Notes: a model not told the origin generated them from the sequence alone. A DNA stretch of 64,000 bases from Candidatus Omnitrophota bacterium (GCA_022709525.1 JAKLIQ010000003.1:1771-65770), one strand, 5' to 3'. Shown: positions 9,946 to 18,400, counted from the first letter of the stretch. A program made the numbers and translations.

Positions 9946-10851
9946 ATGGAGAATTATCGTATAAGCAAGCTCCGCCTTCTTGAGGCGGAGAGCATCCATA
10001 TCCTCCGCGAAGTTGTCGCAACGTTTGAGCGACCGGTCATGCTCTATTCGGTCGGCAAAGATTCCTCGGTCATGGTCCGCTTGGCCCAGAAAGCCTTTTT
10101 TCCCGGGAAGATCCCCTTTCCTCTGCTTCATGTCGATACAGGCATGAAATTTAAAGAAATGTATGAATTCCGGGATTGCTACATACAGCAGATCGGAGCG
10201 GATCTCCGCGTTTACATCTACCGCGAAGCGTTGGAAAACGGAGCCAATCCTTGGGACCTCGGAACCGTCAAATGCTGTGCTTTTTTGAAAACGCAGGCTC
10301 TTCTGAACGCTCTCAAAGAAGGCCGTTACGACGCCGCTTTCGGAGGCGCTCGCCGGGATGAAGAAAAGTCCAGGGCCAAAGAGCGCATTTTTTCTTTTCG
10401 GGATGAACACGGGCAGTGGGATCCCAAAAACCAGCGGCCCGAGCTTTGGGGTCTTTATAATACCCTGGTTAACAAAGGTGAAAGTATCCGCGTCTTCCCT
10501 TTGTCTAACTGGACCGAGCTGGATGTTTGGGAATACATCCATCTTGAGAGGATCCCCGTAGTTCCCATGTATTTCGCCAAGGAGCGGGATATGGTCGTAA
10601 GGGAAGGGCGCCTGATCCCGCTTGACGGTCCCGTCCCTTTGAAAGAAAACGAAAAACCCCAAAAAATCCTCTGCCGTTTCCGGACGTTAGGCTGTTATCC
10701 CTGCACAGGGGCGGTAACATCTTCAGCCGCGACCGTGCCCGAGATTATTCGTGAAATCATGACCGTTAAGAACTCCGAACGGATCACCCGCTTAATCGAT
10801 CACGACCAAGATTCTTCCATGGAGCAAAAGAAAAAAGAAGGTTATTTCTAG
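9946..10851 (+). CDS. cysD: Sulfate adenylyltransferase subunit 2.
   Basis: PAPS-reductase-fold motifs [19 protein letters not shown]. Length 301 aa. Stop/start abuts cysN. Confidence 0.9.
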   Translation: MENYRISKLRLLEAESIHILREVVATFERPVMLYSVGKDSSVMVRLAQKAFFPGKIPFPLLHVDTGMKFKEMYEFRDCYIQQIGADLRVYIYREALENGANPWDLGTVKCCAFLKTQALLNALKEGRYDAAFGGARRDEEKSRAKERIFSFRDEHGQWDPKNQRPELWGLYNTLVNKGESIRVFPLSNWTELDVWEYIHLERIPVVPMYFAKERDMVVREGRLIPLDGPVPLKENEKPQKILCRFRTLGCYPCTGAVTSSAATVPEIIREIMTVKNSERITRLIDHDQDSSMEQKKKEGYF

Positions 10852-12774
10852 ATGGGGCAAAAGAATGACGCCGAAAAATTAATTCTGACTCGCAGCGAAG
10901 ACGCCGAACTGCTCCGCCTCGCGACCGCGGGAAGCGTTGATGACGGAAAATCCACGCTGATCGGGCGGTTGCTCTATGAGGCGAACGGTCTTTATGAGGA
11001 CCAGCTTGCTTCGGTCCGTCAGGATTCAGGAAGGTTTAAAAGGGAAGAGCTGGATCTTTCGCTTGTTATGGACGGATTAAAGGCGGAGCGGGAACAGGGG
11101 ATCACGATCGACGTGGCTTACCGCTATTTTTCGACCCCCAAAAGAAATTTCATTATCGCGGATACGCCGGGCCACGAACAATATACCCGGAACATGGCGA
11201 CCGGCGCTTCGACCGCCGATCTCGCCATCATTTTAATTGATGCCCGCCACGGCCTGCTTCCTCAGTCAAAACGGCACGCTTTTATCGCCTCGCTTCTCGG
11301 GATCCGGCATATGGTCGTCGCGGTCAATAAAATGGACCTTGTCCATTATTCGGAGGAAATTTTTAGAAAGATTGAAAAAGACTTCACTAATTTTTCTGAA
11401 AAATTACGGATCTCGGACCTTCTTTACATTCCGATCAGCGCTCTGAAAGGGGATAACGTAGTCCGCCGGAGCCCGAACATGCCGTGGTATGAAGGGCCGG
11501 CCCTTCTAAGCCATCTGGAGAACGTTCATGTGACGAGCGACCGCAACCTCATCGACCTCCGTTTGCCGGTCCAATACGTTCTTCGCCCTAACATGGATTT
11601 TCGGGGCTATTGCGGCCGTCTCGCCGGCGGCGTGATCCGCAAGGGAGATGAAATTCTTATCCTGCCTTCCCAGCAACGTTCCCGCGTAAAATCCCTTGTC
11701 ACTTATGAAAAAGAAGTCCCATACGCCTTTACGCCCCAATCGATCACAGTGACGTTGGAGGATAATGTCGATATCACGCGCGGCGATATGCTGGTCCACC
11801 CCGGCAATCTTCCCCAGATCCGCCGGGAAATAGAGGCGATCCTTGTATGGATGGACCAAAAACCGCTTCAGGCGGGGCGTATCTATTGGATCAAGCACAC
11901 CTCTCAGTTATTGAAGGGAAGCGTCACCCAGCTGCATTTTAAGATCAACCCCGAGGATCTAGGACGTCAAAAAACGAAAGATTTCAAACTTAACGAGATC
12001 GGCCGCGTGACGATCCAGCTTTTCCGGTCAATTTTTTGTGACGAATATACCAAAAACCGTGAAACCGGAAGTTTTATCATGATCGACCCGGTAACACACG
12101 CCACCGTTGCGGCCGGAACTCTTATCGAGCGCGGCCGTTTGCCCGCCGCCACGAAAGAAAAAAAACATAAAACAATCTCGTTGCACCGCCAGGAAGGATC
12201 CATTGCCCCCAAAGACCGCGAACGGATTCTAAAACAAAAACCGGCCACTCTTTGGCTGACGGGGTTAAGCGGCTCCGGGAAATCAAGCATCGCTTTTGCG
12301 CTGGAAAAACGCCTTATGGCCGAAGGCCATCTTTGTTATGTTCTGGACGGCGATAACGTCCGCCATGGGCTGAATAAAGATCTCGGTTTTTCGCCTCAAG
12401 ACCGCAGCGAAAATATACGCCGCGTTGCCGAAGTCGCAAATCTTTTCAATGATGCCGGCATTTTAGTGATGACCGCCTTTATTTCTCCTTATCGCGAGGA
12501 CCGCGAACAGGCAAAGCAGATCATCGGCGAAGACCGTTTTCTCGAAATATTTGTCGATGCTCCCGTTGAAGTTTGTAAAAAACGGGACCCTAAGCGGCTT
12601 TACGAAAAGGCCGAAGCGGGTCTTATTCCGGAATTTACGGGAGTCAACGCCCCTTATGAAGTGCCGCTCACGTCCGCCGTTCATCTCAAAACCGATCAAG
12701 AAGACCTGAACGCCTGCCTTCAAAAAATCCTGGATCTTTTAAGAAGCAGGGGTTTTTTAAAAGGGAAAGACTGA
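10852..12774 (+). CDS. cysNC: Bifunctional sulfate adenylyltransferase subunit 1 (GTPase) / adenylyl-sulfate kinase.
   Basis: N-terminal GTPase motifs (GSVDDGKSTLIGRL, DTPGHEQY, NKMD). C-terminal APS-kinase P-loop (LTGLSGSGKSSIA) and the region around DGDNVRHGL. Confidence 0.9.
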   Translation: MGQKNDAEKLILTRSEDAELLRLATAGSVDDGKSTLIGRLLYEANGLYEDQLASVRQDSGRFKREELDLSLVMDGLKAEREQGITIDVAYRYFSTPKRNFIIADTPGHEQYTRNMATGASTADLAIILIDARHGLLPQSKRHAFIASLLGIRHMVVAVNKMDLVHYSEEIFRKIEKDFTNFSEKLRISDLLYIPISALKGDNVVRRSPNMPWYEGPALLSHLENVHVTSDRNLIDLRLPVQYVLRPNMDFRGYCGRLAGGVIRKGDEILILPSQQRSRVKSLVTYEKEVPYAFTPQSITVTLEDNVDITRGDMLVHPGNLPQIRREIEAILVWMDQKPLQAGRIYWIKHTSQLLKGSVTQLHFKINPEDLGRQKTKDFKLNEIGRVTIQLFRSIFCDEYTKNRETGSFIMIDPVTHATVAAGTLIERGRLPAATKEKKHKTISLHRQEGSIAPKDRERILKQKPATLWLTGLSGSGKSSIAFALEKRLMAEGHLCYVLDGDNVRHGLNKDLGFSPQDRSENIRRVAEVANLFNDAGILVMTAFISPYREDREQAKQIIGEDRFLEIFVDAPVEVCKKRDPKRLYEKAEAGLIPEFTGVNAPYEVPLTSAVHLKTDQEDLNACLQKILDLLRSRGFLKGKD

Positions 12775-12854
12775 GCCTTTTTCGCCGCAAGACGAGTCCC
12801 CATAGCTTTTTTATTTTCTTCCAGAACGGAATATCCGAATCTCGCCGGGAGGCG

Positions 12855-12875
12855 CTAATCCTTATTGAGGATTAG
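12855..12875. promoter_or_regulatory. Perfect 8-bp-arm palindrome CTAATCCT-tattg-AGGATTAG, 24 bp upstream of the phosphatase gene. Candidate operator.
   Basis: Read directly from the sequence. Position is about 24 to 44 bp upstream of the start codon at 12899. Confidence 0.25.
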
Positions 12876-12898
12876 TGTGAAGAGAGCTAAAATACGGC

Positions 12899-14461
12899 AT
12901 GTTCAAAAGTTTCGCGGCGCGCCTTTCGATCGTTTTTTTTCTTTCCACAGCGCTTGTCCTTCTCGGCCTTTTTTCCTTCTTTTATTTCAAAGCCGCCAAG
13001 CTTCGCGATGACGCGTTCAAACAATACCTCGAAAACCTGACCGAAGCGAGCGCCAACCTAATCCCCGGCGAAGACGTCCGGGCGGTCCCGCTCGAGCCGG
13101 GATGCGAAACATCTTCCGACGGGCAGGCGCTTATCAAAAAACTTCAAAGTATCCGTTCGGTCGATAAAGACGTCTTTGACGTTTATATCATGGTCCCCGA
13201 TCCGGATCCCGGGTTTTTGCGCTTTGTGACGAATGCCGACCGTGAACGCACACCGGTTGGCTGCGGGGAACGGTATGATATCCGCGAAGATCCCGGAATG
13301 CGGGCGGGCTTTATGAGTTCTTATGCGGATATGGTTCCCGGGACGGACAAATGGGGGACTTGGGTGTCAGCTTACGCCCCTTTAAAGACCCGCGCGGGAG
13401 AAACGGTCGGCATTCTCGGGATCGATATCGCTCAGCAAACCGTCGCTGAGATCCGGGGGGAGTTTTTCGGCCTTTTTCTTTTATCCATGGGCGTCTGTCT
13501 TGGGCTTTCGCTCGCCACCGGCCTTTTGTGTTCTTTTTGGCTCACGAAACCCATCCGTCAAACTGTCAAAGGCATGGAGATCGTCGCGGGCGGGAACATC
13601 GAGCACAAACTCGAACACTTCGCGGAAGCGGAGTTCGAACGCATGTCCGGCATTTTCAACCGCATGACGGATTCGCTCAAACGCATGATGCACGAACTGG
13701 CCGAGACTGTGCGCGAGAATGAACGCGTCAAGCGCGAGCTTGAGATCGCCTCCGAGATCCAGGAGTCCATTTTCCCCGCGCGTCCGCCCGAGGTCGAAGG
13801 CCTCGAGATCGAGGCCCGGAGCGTCCCGGCCAAAGAAGTGGGAGGCGATTATTTTGATTTTCTTCCCGTGCCGTCCAAAGACCAGACGGGCTTTATTATC
13901 GCCGACGCCTCCGGCAAAGGGCTTCCCGGCACCTTGTACATGACCCGCTCGCGAAGCGTTTTCAGGGTCATCTCTTCTGAAGAAAGCAGCCCCGGAGAAA
14001 CCCTGAACCGCTCGAATAATTACATCGCCGCGGACGCTTCATCAGGCAAAGGCATGTTCATCACGGTTCTTTATCTGATCTATGACAAGGATAAAAAACA
14101 GATGCGATACGCCAATGCGGGCCATTACCACCCGCTTTGGTACAAGGGCAAAGAAAGGACCTTCGCTGATTCTGAGATAAGCGGTATCCCCCTAGGCATT
14201 GTCTCCGGACAGACCTACCTTGAGGAGACGATCCAGCTCGCCTCCCAGGACCTGCTCGTTCTTTACACGGATGGCGTGATCGAAGCGAAGGCAGAGGACG
14301 GCCGGATGTTCGGCGTCGAAAAACTGAAAAAGATCATTGAAGAGAACAGCTCGCTCGGCGCACATGATCTTTTCGCGAAGATCGAAGCGGGGATCAAAGA
14401 GTTCATCGGAAAAGCGCCGCCTTTTGATGATCTGACTTTGATCGTGATCCGGGTAAAATAA
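12899..14461 (+). CDS. Membrane-bound PP2C-type serine phosphatase (SpoIIE/RsbU family) with an N-terminal extracytoplasmic sensor region and a HAMP domain.
   Basis: Two TM segments flank a roughly 170 aa periplasmic region. A HAMP-like linker follows (IRQTVKGMEIVAGGNIEHKLEHF...FNRMTDSLKRM). The PP2C core has metal-binding motifs (GGDYFDF, IADASGKG, DGV). Confidence 0.8.
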   Translation: MFKSFAARLSIVFFLSTALVLLGLFSFFYFKAAKLRDDAFKQYLENLTEASANLIPGEDVRAVPLEPGCETSSDGQALIKKLQSIRSVDKDVFDVYIMVPDPDPGFLRFVTNADRERTPVGCGERYDIREDPGMRAGFMSSYADMVPGTDKWGTWVSAYAPLKTRAGETVGILGIDIAQQTVAEIRGEFFGLFLLSMGVCLGLSLATGLLCSFWLTKPIRQTVKGMEIVAGGNIEHKLEHFAEAEFERMSGIFNRMTDSLKRMMHELAETVRENERVKRELEIASEIQESIFPARPPEVEGLEIEARSVPAKEVGGDYFDFLPVPSKDQTGFIIADASGKGLPGTLYMTRSRSVFRVISSEESSPGETLNRSNNYIAADASSGKGMFITVLYLIYDKDKKQMRYANAGHYHPLWYKGKERTFADSEISGIPLGIVSGQTYLEETIQLASQDLLVLYTDGVIEAKAEDGRMFGVEKLKKIIEENSSLGAHDLFAKIEAGIKEFIGKAPPFDDLTLIVIRVK

Positions 14462-14531
14462 GGCACGCAAGCGGGCTTTTTTGTGATGAAAGCCCTCCGA
14501 AAACCCCTATAATAAGCCCTCTTATTCATTT

Positions 14532-15038
14532 ATGGAAAAACCACATCACGAACATTTCATGAAAGAAGCGCTGAAACAAGCCGCGATCGCGCTTGAAAAA
14601 GGCGAGGTGCCGGTGGGCGCCGTGGTGGTGTGGAAGCAAAAGATCGTTGCGCGGGCTTACAATCAAATGGAAATGCTCAAAGACCCGACCGCGCACGCCG
14701 AAATGATCGCCCTGACACAAGCTTCGGAAACCTTAAGCCAGACGCCGGAGGCAAAACCGGCCGTCGGCCGGGAACACCGGGGGTCGCTTGAAGGAGCGAC
14801 GCTTTATGTGACGCTAGAGCCGTGCCCCATGTGCGCCGGGGCGCTTGTCATGACCAAATGCACGAGCCTTGTTTACGGCGCGCAGGACCCGAAGGCGGGC
14901 GCGTGCCGCAGTCTTTACCGGATCACCGAGGACGACCGGCTGAACCATCGCCTTAAGGTCACGGGCGGCGTGATGGCGGATGATGCGAAATTCCTCTTGT
15001 CGGAATTTTTTAAAAATCTAAGAAAAGAGAAACGGTAA
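14532..15038 (+). CDS. tadA: tRNA adenosine(34) deaminase.
   Basis: CMP/dCMP deaminase zinc motifs HAEMIAL and [10 protein letters not shown]. Confidence 0.9.
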   Translation: MEKPHHEHFMKEALKQAAIALEKGEVPVGAVVVWKQKIVARAYNQMEMLKDPTAHAEMIALTQASETLSQTPEAKPAVGREHRGSLEGATLYVTLEPCPMCAGALVMTKCTSLVYGAQDPKAGACRSLYRITEDDRLNHRLKVTGGVMADDAKFLLSEFFKNLRKEKR

Positions 15039-15043
15039 AACGC

Positions 15044-15079
15044 GGAGAGGTGCCAGAGCGGTTGAATGGGGCAGTCTTG
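15044..15079 (+). pseudogene. 5' half of a tRNA-Ser(UGA)-type gene. It runs from acceptor GGAGAGG through the D-arm to anticodon-loop ...CAGTCTTG, and is interrupted after anticodon position 35.
   Basis: Near-identical to the first 36 nt of the intact tRNA-Ser at 15394..15481. The acceptor GGAGAGG is complementary to CCTCTCC in the 3' half at 15598..15604. Confidence 0.6.
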
Positions 15080-15129
15080 CCACCGCCTGCGAAGCGGCGG
15101 GGTCCCGCCTCTTTTCGGGCGGGAAAAAC
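15080..15129 (+). repeat. Copy 1 of a 50-nt double GC-hairpin element: CCACCGCCTGCGAAGCGGCGGGGTCCCGCCTCTTTTCGGGCGGGAAAAAC.
   Basis: Two stem-loops (CCGCC/GGCGG and CCCGCC/GGCGGG) followed by an A-run. Near-identical copies are at 15509..15558 and 60511..60559. Confidence 0.8.
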
Positions 15130-15145
15130 CAGTTGGGAAAACAAC

Positions 15146-15415
15146 ATGTGGTATGTTTATATTCTCAAGAGCCTGAAAACGGGGCGATATTATGTGGGGT
15201 ATGCAGAAGACCTCGAAAAAAGACTTGAGCAACACAATAGTGGAAAAACGAGATTGTTGAAATCCCATTTGCCACTAGCGCTCATTTATAATGAAAAATA
15301 TGCAAGCAAGTCCGAAGCTTATTTAAGAGAAAAGAAAATCAAGAGTTATAAAAGCGGAGAAGCGTTTAGGCGATTGATACGCAATCAAAATTTGGAGGCG
15401 TGCCAGAGCGGTTGA
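15146..15415 (+). CDS. GIY-YIG nuclease-family protein, small YhbQ/UPF0213 type, 89 aa.
   Basis: MWYVYILKS...GRYYVGYAEDLEKRLEQHNSGK is the GIY-YIG motif. The 15050..15415 ORF in the provided track starts inside the tRNA fragment. The first ATG with spacing from the A-rich leader is 15146. The stop codon lies inside the downstream tRNA gene. Confidence 0.8.
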   Translation: MWYVYILKSLKTGRYYVGYAEDLEKRLEQHNSGKTRLLKSHLPLALIYNEKYASKSEAYLREKKIKSYKSGEAFRRLIRNQNLEACQSG

Positions 15416-15481
15416 ATGGGGCAGTCTTGAAAACTGCTAAGGTCCTTGTGGCCTTCAGAGGTTCGAATCCTCTCGCCTCCG
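15394..15481 (+). tRNA. tRNA-Ser (anticodon UGA), intact, no encoded CCA.
   Basis: Acceptor GGAGGCG/CGCCTCC. 3-bp D-stem. Anticodon stem GCAGT/ACTGC with loop CTTGAAA. Long variable arm. T-arm AGAGG-TTCGAAT-CCTCT. Discriminator G. Confidence 0.8.
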
Positions 15482-15508
15482 ATTCATTTTGATTGCGGAG
15501 CGGTCTTG

Positions 15509-15558
15509 CCACCGCCTGCGAAGCGGCGGGGTCCCGCCTCTTTTCGGGCGGGAAAAAC
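15509..15558 (+). repeat. Copy 2 of the 50-nt double-hairpin element. It is preceded by a 14-nt remnant of a tRNA 5' half (GCGGAGCGGTCTTG).
   Basis: Identical to copy 1. The flanking 5' remnant matches the end of a tRNA-Ser 5' half. Confidence 0.8.
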
Positions 15559-15608
15559 TGCTAAGGTCCTTGTGGCCTTCAGAGGTTCGAATCCCTCCCT
15601 CTCCGCCA
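15554..15608 (+). pseudogene. 3' half of a tRNA-Ser(UGA)-type gene with encoded CCA. It runs from anticodon-loop AAAACTGC through the variable and T arms to acceptor CCTCTCC-G-CCA. Its T-stem is imperfect, so it is probably a decayed remnant.
   Basis: Matches the 3' portion of the intact tRNA. The acceptor pairs with the displaced 5' half at 15044. The T-stem 3' strand CCCTC does not pair well with AGAGG. Confidence 0.5.
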
Positions 15609-15610
15609 TG
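15588..15610 (+). repeat. 23-bp direct repeat, copy 1: CGAATCCCTCCCTCTCCGCCATG. This is the tRNA 3' end and candidate attL-like site.
   Basis: A perfect second copy lies at 15791..15813. Confidence 0.7.
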
Positions 15611-15635
15611 TTTTCATTATGATTCCAAGGAGAAC

Positions 15636-15779
15636 ATGACGACCTTATCGTCAAGATATAGAGAAATCTTGTACGATAAGGCCGTAAACTTTGGGGAGGA
15701 TTCGAAGGGAGCACTGATTGGAAATATGACAGATGTCATATTTACAGTGCGGGTGGCCGACCTGAAGCGAATGAAATGA
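15636..15779 (+). CDS. Small hypothetical ORF of 47 aa between the 23-bp direct repeats.
   Basis: ATG preceded by AAGGAG at 15626. The 15489..15779 ORF in the track starts inside repeat sequence. Weak support overall. Confidence 0.25.
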   Translation: MTTLSSRYREILYDKAVNFGEDSKGALIGNMTDVIFTVRVADLKRMK

Positions 15780-15790
15780 GCGGAAGGCGC

Positions 15791-15813
15791 CGAATCCCTC
15801 CCTCTCCGCCATG
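15791..15813 (+). repeat. 23-bp direct repeat, copy 2 (attR-like).
   Basis: Identical to 15588..15610. Confidence 0.7.
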
Positions 15814-15928
15814 ATTTTCTTTGATTTTTTGAATGGGAAATCCTGACGGTCCTGGCTACCGTTAAATTTTAATCAAAGTCAGGGACGTTTTGCTTGTGTA
15901 AAACAGCGGATTGACAGCGGAGGAAAAA

Positions 15929-16666
15929 ATGAAAAAAAACGCATGGATCGTTCTGGTTGTTTTTGGGTTTGCGGCGCTTTTTATGAGCGGCTGTACGCGA
16001 GATGCCGGTTATGGCCAAAGACTTGAAGACAGCGTTCCCACCCTTAGCGTTCAAGGGCAAGGCAAAGTAGAGATCGTTCCGGATGAAGCTACGGTGCGGT
16101 TCGGCGTTGTCAGCGATGAAAAAACGCTGTCGAAGGCCTATCAGGACAATACGGGCAAAATGAACAGGGCCATCGCGGCCGTTAAAGCGATGGGGATAGC
16201 CGACAAGGACATCCGGACATCTTCTTATAATGTTAGGCCTGTTTACGCTCAAGATGAAAGAGGGTATACCCTTCCGGGCAAACCCGTATCGTTCCAGGTC
16301 AGCCAGCAATTAACGGTTGTTGTCCGGGACCTTTTGAAGACCGGCGCCATGATCGACCAAGTGATCACCGGAGGCGTGAATACGTTCGACGGGATCCAGT
16401 TTACCTCGAGCAGGATCGACGACGTTGAGAAGGAAGCGAAATTAAAAGCGGCCCAGAACGCGAAAGAAAAAGCGCAGCTCCTTGCCAAAGGGCTGGGCGT
16501 CAAGGTCGGCAGGGTATTAAAGGCGGGCGAAGCGACGGTGTATCCGTCGCCGACGCCTATGCGCATGATGGCGTTTGACGCGGCGTCGGTCAAATCCAGT
16601 CCCGAGATCGAAGGCGGCTCCATAGAAATAAACGCCAGTTGCAGCGTCATTTATGAGATCGCTTGA
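15929..16666 (+). CDS. SIMPL-domain (DUF541) periplasmic lipoprotein.
   Basis: Start moved to the ATG after a GGAGGA RBS. Lipobox FMSGC. The N-terminal region has the pattern of the 26 kDa periplasmic immunogenic protein family. Confidence 0.6.
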   Translation: MKKNAWIVLVVFGFAALFMSGCTRDAGYGQRLEDSVPTLSVQGQGKVEIVPDEATVRFGVVSDEKTLSKAYQDNTGKMNRAIAAVKAMGIADKDIRTSSYNVRPVYAQDERGYTLPGKPVSFQVSQQLTVVVRDLLKTGAMIDQVITGGVNTFDGIQFTSSRIDDVEKEAKLKAAQNAKEKAQLLAKGLGVKVGRVLKAGEATVYPSPTPMRMMAFDAASVKSSPEIEGGSIEINASCSVIYEIA

Positions 16667-16684
16667 TCTCCGAAACGCGATGAT

Positions 16685-18361
16685 ATGAGTCTTCTTTTTT
16701 TGGTCCTTAGTTCGATCGCCGCCCTGATAACTGGGTACCGGCTCTACGGGGGTTTCTTAAGCCGCATGCTCAAACTCCGGGATGATATCCCCACTCCCGC
16801 TTGCGCGTTGCGCGACGACGTCGACTTTGTCCCCGCGGGGAAATGGTATCTGCTAGGGCAGCATTTTTCGGCGATCGCGGCGGCCGGCCCCATCGTCGGT
16901 CCCATCCTTGCCGGCATGTGGTTCGGCTGGCTTCCGACGCTTCTCTGGATCCTTTTAGGAGGCATCTTCATCGGCGGCGTTCATGATATGCTGACCGTCG
17001 CGGCTTCGGTCCGTCATCAGGGCCGCTCGATCGCCGAGATCCTCCGCGAATATATGAGCAAACGCGCCTACGTCCTTTTTCTGCTTTTTCTCTGGTTTTC
17101 GCTCATTTATATCATCACGACTTTCATGGATATTACAGCGGGAACCTTTACCGATCCGGTAAGGGGCGCGGGCGTCGCTTCTTCTTCCATGATGTATCTC
17201 GCGCTTGCCTTCGTGATGGGGATCGTTTTAAAACGGTTCAACCCGCCGCTCGGGGTTACCACGCTTATTTTTTTACCGCTTGTATTCGCGGCCGTTTTTT
17301 TAGGGCCGCATTTTCCTCTCACGATGCCGGCCTGGGGCGGTCATGATCCCCGGACGCTTTGGAACGGGGCCCTTCTTTTCTATTGTTTCGCCGCCGCAGT
17401 GATCCCTATGTGGCTTTTATTGCAGCCAAGAGGGTACTTGGGGGGATTCTTCCTTACCCTTATGGCCGGCTCAAGCCTGATTGGAATCGTCGTCGGGAGT
17501 TTTTTGCAGCCTCTCGCGATCCGTTACCCCGCTTTTACGGGCTGGGTCAGCCCGGGAGGGTTTCCGCTTCTTCCGCTTCTTTTTACGACCGTGGCCTGCG
17601 GGGCCTGCTCGGGGTTTCACGCGATGGTCTCTTCGGGTACGACATCCAAACAGGTCGCTAAAGAAAGCGACATCAAGCTGATTGGGTACGGAGGGCTTTT
17701 GCTGGAAAGCTTTGTCGCGGTCATCGCGCTTGCGACAGTCCTGATCCTGACAACAACAGGCGCGCGCGATCTGCAGGACCCCAACCAGGTCTTTGCGCAC
17801 GGCGTCAGCGCGTTTTTGTCGCGCCTCGGAGTCCCGGGCGAATTCGCCCTTAATTTCGCATTGCTCGCTTTTGCCACTTTCGTTTATGATACGCTGGATG
17901 TGGCGACGAGGCTCGGCCGCTACATTTTTGAAGAGCTGACGGGATGGCGCGGAAAATGGAGCCCCTACGCGGCATCGCTCATTACGTTGATCTTGCCCGC
18001 GATCTTTGTAACCACAAAGATGACGGATGCCCAGGGACAGGTGATCCCGGCGTGGAAAATGTTCTGGGCCGTGTTCGGTTCGAGCAATCAGCTTTTGGCG
18101 GCGCTCGTGCTTTTGGCCGCCGGGCTCTGGCTTTTTAAAAACAAAATGCGTTCCAGCGTCGCGCTTTGGCCTTCTTTTTTTATGATGGCTGTCGCGCTAT
18201 GCTCGCTTTTTTTCATTTTAAAGCCCTGGATCGCCGAGATGGTCTCGCAGCGGACGTTCCTGATGAACCCCATGGGGATCACCGGCGTTCTTCTGGCGGG
18301 GCTGGCTCTTTTGCTTCTAACGGAAGGCATTTCGATCTTCGTTAAAACGCGAAGATCTTGA
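16685..18361 (+). CDS. cstA: Carbon starvation protein A (peptide/pyruvate transporter family).
   Basis: Multi-TM protein of 558 aa with conserved CstA N-terminal motifs (YLLGQHFSAIAAAGPIVGPILA, GGVHDM). Confidence 0.85.
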   Translation: MSLLFLVLSSIAALITGYRLYGGFLSRMLKLRDDIPTPACALRDDVDFVPAGKWYLLGQHFSAIAAAGPIVGPILAGMWFGWLPTLLWILLGGIFIGGVHDMLTVAASVRHQGRSIAEILREYMSKRAYVLFLLFLWFSLIYIITTFMDITAGTFTDPVRGAGVASSSMMYLALAFVMGIVLKRFNPPLGVTTLIFLPLVFAAVFLGPHFPLTMPAWGGHDPRTLWNGALLFYCFAAAVIPMWLLLQPRGYLGGFFLTLMAGSSLIGIVVGSFLQPLAIRYPAFTGWVSPGGFPLLPLLFTTVACGACSGFHAMVSSGTTSKQVAKESDIKLIGYGGLLLESFVAVIALATVLILTTTGARDLQDPNQVFAHGVSAFLSRLGVPGEFALNFALLAFATFVYDTLDVATRLGRYIFEELTGWRGKWSPYAASLITLILPAIFVTTKMTDAQGQVIPAWKMFWAVFGSSNQLLAALVLLAAGLWLFKNKMRSSVALWPSFFMMAVALCSLFFILKPWIAEMVSQRTFLMNPMGITGVLLAGLALLLLTEGISIFVKTRRS

Positions 18362-18400
18362 CCCAAACCGTTCTTATACGGACCCACAAGGAGAGCGCTT

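Noticed and set aside
15050-15415. ORF-track entry of 121 aa beginning MPERLNGAVLPPPAKRRGP...
   Set aside because: The first 32 codons are read through the tRNA 5' half and the GC-hairpin element. The GIY-YIG domain begins at the ATG at 15146, which is also the conserved start shared with the second copy. I kept only 15146..15415.
15080-15553. Classical group I or group II self-splicing intron in the tRNA-Ser anticodon loop with a GIY-YIG homing endonuclease
   Set aside because: Only 16-19 nt separate the hairpin element from the ORF, and the ORF runs straight into a complete tRNA. There is no room for a roughly 200-nt group I core, and no P/Q/R/S-like elements are evident. The matching 3' half has a decayed T-stem. 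The intron-like arrangement is reported as a finding but not called a group I intron.
15484-15779. ORFs 15484..15714 (-) and 15489..15779 (+) spanning the second hairpin element and tRNA 3' half
   Set aside because: Both are translations of tRNA and repeat sequence, glycine/proline/arginine-rich from the GC hairpins. Only the short 15636..15779 ORF with an RBS was retained, at low confidence.
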